From the NCBI GenBank assembly GCA_001600695.1, contig BCKQ01000004.1, positions 1,049,659 to 1,059,576 of the forward strand: DNA of 9,918 nucleotides. Reading direction: 5' to 3'. Numbering within the stretch: the stretch's first letter is position 1; each line of letters starts with the position of its first letter. Positions 7,583-9,918 of the stretch are shown piece by piece. Under the pieces are notes generated by a model. That model saw only the letters and a list, made by a program, of their open reading frames with translations. It was not told the origin of the DNA and searched no databases. Made by a program: the position numbers and the translations under genes. This DNA comes from Ascoidea asiatica JCM 7603 (taxonomy: Eukaryota > Fungi > Ascomycota).

Positions 7583-8125
7583 TTTATCGTTTATGGTTAG
7601 CTTATCTTTTTGTTTATTTTGTTTTCCGATTTCTGATCTGAAATGACACCCAAAACAACACACATAATTGGTTTAATATTCCCAAATAATTTTAAATATT
7701 TAAACAAAATGATCATTGTGGATAAAATAATGGTCAACTTCGATCTTCTGATGGGTTGAAATATTTGGTTAATGCTTCGGGATAAATGGTGGTTTTGAAT
7801 TGGTAATACTTGAATGACTAATGAAGGTCTAGTTGGATTTCAATCCATTAGAAATCCTACAAAAGAAAATATTTTTGTGAAAAAAAAAGAAATATATTGA
7901 AAAGGAACTAACTAGGAATATCTTAATGATAAAGATATAAAAAGGAAGTATAAAGAAAGAAGAAAGAAGAAAGGCAAAGGGGGAAGATTGAAATAAGTAA
8001 TAAGAAGATGAAAAAGAGAAAAGAAAAGAAAAGAAAAGAAGATATAAGATACTAAGAAATATACTAAAAATTGAAGAAAAATACTAAACTAAACTAAAAG
8101 TAGATAAAGAAATGATAGGATTCCC
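7583..8125 (-). repeat. Right arm of the large inverted repeat (partner 1..~598); may extend further right
   Basis: Its reverse complement aligns with 1..598. It has a longer (GAAAA)n microsatellite at ~8018..8040 and lacks left-arm 36..100. Confidence 0.97.
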
Positions 8126-8272
8126 ATAACTATTGAAATTCTAATTGCCTATAATGAATGAAAAATGGGATTTATAAATGATAAATTAAAATTTTTAATT
8201 GATTAATGTCAGTTTTGAATAATGGATGGGAGTCTTAATTGTTATTTGAAAATTACGATAGATATAATTGAA

Positions 8273-8689
8273 TTAATTTAATTGTTTCTTGGTAATTTTC
8301 AACATTTCTTCGATTATCATCTTCTCTTTTATTTTAAGTTCCAACATCATTTTTTTTGTGGTGACTTGAAAAATAAAAGAAAGTGTGGTTTTTTTTTTAT
8401 CTTCTGCTTTTTCCAATTTTGCTTCTTCTTCGAGCAATACTTTAAGCTCATTCAAAAGGTGTTTTAATTTCTCGATTTCTTTAGTTCCAGCTTCACTTTG
8501 TTTTTTTTTTACATCTTTTTTTCTGTTTTTTTTTTTTCTTTTCACAAGTATTTGAAATCTGTTTTTTATATTTCTATGAGTTTGGGCGATAAGTTTAAAC
8601 TCTGTTTTTACTATACTTGATGTATTTAAATCATTTTCTTTTTGTTTCTCCTCAGGTGAACCAATTAATTTTTTCTCTTTTTCAATCAT
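8273..8689 (-). CDS. Hypothetical Lys/Glu-rich, possibly coiled-coil ORF, 138 aa; may be a degenerate gene fragment
   Basis: Open frame with a heptad-like stretch (EIEKLKHLLNELKVLLEEEAKLEKAE). Much of it is encoded by long A-runs and I recognise no family motif. Confidence 0.3.
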   Translation of the reverse strand: MIEKEKKLIGSPEEKQKENDLNTSSIVKTEFKLIAQTHRNIKNRFQILVKRKKKNRKKDVKKKQSEAGTKEIEKLKHLLNELKVLLEEEAKLEKAEDKKKTTLSFIFQVTTKKMMLELKIKEKMIIEEMLKITKKQLN

Positions 8690-9059
8690 TCTGATTGTTT
8701 AATAATTAAAAATTACTATTTTAGAATAATTATGAGAAAAATGAGAAAAAAATGTGAGTTTAAATAGAAAAAAAATGAAAGGATATTTGAAATCAGAAAT
8801 GAAATATCATAAATTGGTGGATATGGGCAAAATGGTGCAGATTACAATCAGTGTTAAGTTTGCTCAACTAATTTCCATTCATTTATGAAAATCAATTCAA
8901 TGAATAAATGAAGATAAGAATCATTCACTTCATTTTTGAAGAGTCAAGTTTTGTTTCACAATTAAAATAATTAAAGCACTATTACTTGTGGTTTTTGTTA
9001 ATTATTTTCTCTTTATTATTTCCTTTTTTACGTAGATTTATTTATTTGTTTATTTCATT

Positions 9060-9577
9060 CCCCAATATACTTGAATAAGTATGGCTATGCTGCCACAATC
9101 TATAAGAACCTGTTTGGGATTTAGTAGTGTTTCTATTAAACCATGGGCTCTTTTTTGGGTAAATAATATCAATTACTACTTATTTCTACTGCTATGTTAT
9201 TATTCGCCTACTTTCCTTTGTTGTCTGAGCTGCTGTTGCTATCACTCTGGCTTTTAGTAAAACAATTCGGTTTGTTGGATTGTATTACGATGGATATCAA
9301 TCAGCTGTTGATTCAGAATTTAATTTAATAATTTGTTATTCAAATTTCTTTTGACGAATTTCAGTTCTCCTTTTGGGACGCTGTTCAAGGATTGGGATAG
9401 TCTATTGGTATTGATTTCTTTTTCAAGACTGAATGTACAGAATGATTGGTAGTTCAGGTAATGTTATGCTTTGGATCCAAATGGGCTAGAGAACATTTTG
9501 TCTCTGACTGATTTGAATTATTGAAGTGATACGATTTTGGCAAGTGATAGATTGATGAAAGTGAAAAGGAATATCAT
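9060..9577 (-). pseudogene. Possible decayed coding relic of unknown origin
   Basis: More GC-rich than its flanks. Minus-strand frames give protein-like peptides broken by stops (e.g. WIQSITLPELPIILYIQS*KRNQYQ*TIPILEQRPKRRTEIRQKKFE*QIIKLNSESTAD*). No family recognised. Confidence 0.18.
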
Positions 9578-9699
9578 AGAATAATTGAGAATAATAGGTA
9601 AAACTAAAATATAGTATGGGTAAAAAATAATATTAAATTAAATCTAAAAATAGGGTATGTTGTAGAGAGATAAATAATAAAGCGAAATAGAAAAAGAAA

Positions 9700-9734
9700 G
9701 ATAAAAGGTAAATGATAAAAGGTAAACGATAAAA
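9700..9734 (+). repeat. 14-bp tandem repeat GATAAAAGGTAAAY x2.5
   Basis: gataaaaggtaaat gataaaaggtaaac gataaaa read directly. Confidence 0.85.
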
Positions 9735-9918
9735 AGAAAAGTGTAATAAATGTCTGAGAGATAAATTTGAAAGGGAATTGAATCTAAACCATTATTTATT
9801 TGCGCACTGATCAATAAGAAACTTTATGAGAATTGGAATAGAAATGCAGAAATATTATTTTGGGTGCAGGCTAAAGTGGAAGAAAATTGATTAGTACAAA
9901 CCGCATTTCTCGCTCATT

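Noticed and set aside
1-8125. Mating-type flip/flop locus, IR-type centromere or LTR retrotransposon
   Set aside because: No alpha-box, HMG or homeodomain MAT genes are present. The central region is gene-dense, unlike IR-centromere cores. The repeats are inverted rather than direct, with no clear TG...CA ends or gag/pol between them.
8282-8467. 61-aa plus-strand ORF
   Set aside because: Phe-rich antisense shadow of the Lys-rich minus-strand ORF
8273-8760. Nuclear copy of a cytoplasmic linear killer-plasmid gene
   Set aside because: No ATNTGA upstream conserved sequence before the ORF and no recognisable plasmid protein motif
8878-8912. 9-bp inverted repeat TTCATTTAT/ATAAATGAA
   Set aside because: Short and AT-rich; expected by chance at this composition

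Overview
Very AT-rich eukaryotic DNA, most likely a budding yeast (Saccharomycotina): intron-less ORFs, Asn-rich proteins and yeast-specific gene families. It holds three recognisable genes: a SUN-domain nuclear-envelope protein (MPS3/Sad1-like, 965..3802 +), the retrograde-response bHLH-Zip factor RTG1 (4471..6078 +) and the Golgi tetraspan protein SFT2 (6353..7105 -). The main unexplained structure is a large, recent inverted repeat that brackets exactly these three genes: 1..~598 is the reverse complement of ~7583..8125. By manual alignment the arms are about 97% identical over 201..593, with one ~65-bp indel near the outer end. The left arm runs off the window edge, so its true length is unknown. 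This could be an invertible cassette, a composite mobile element or two opposed copies of an uncharacterised dispersed repeat. The RTG1 promoter carries two Rtg-type GTCAC boxes, suggesting autoregulation. The last 1.8 kb contains only an orphan Lys/Glu-rich ORF and possibly decayed coding sequence.
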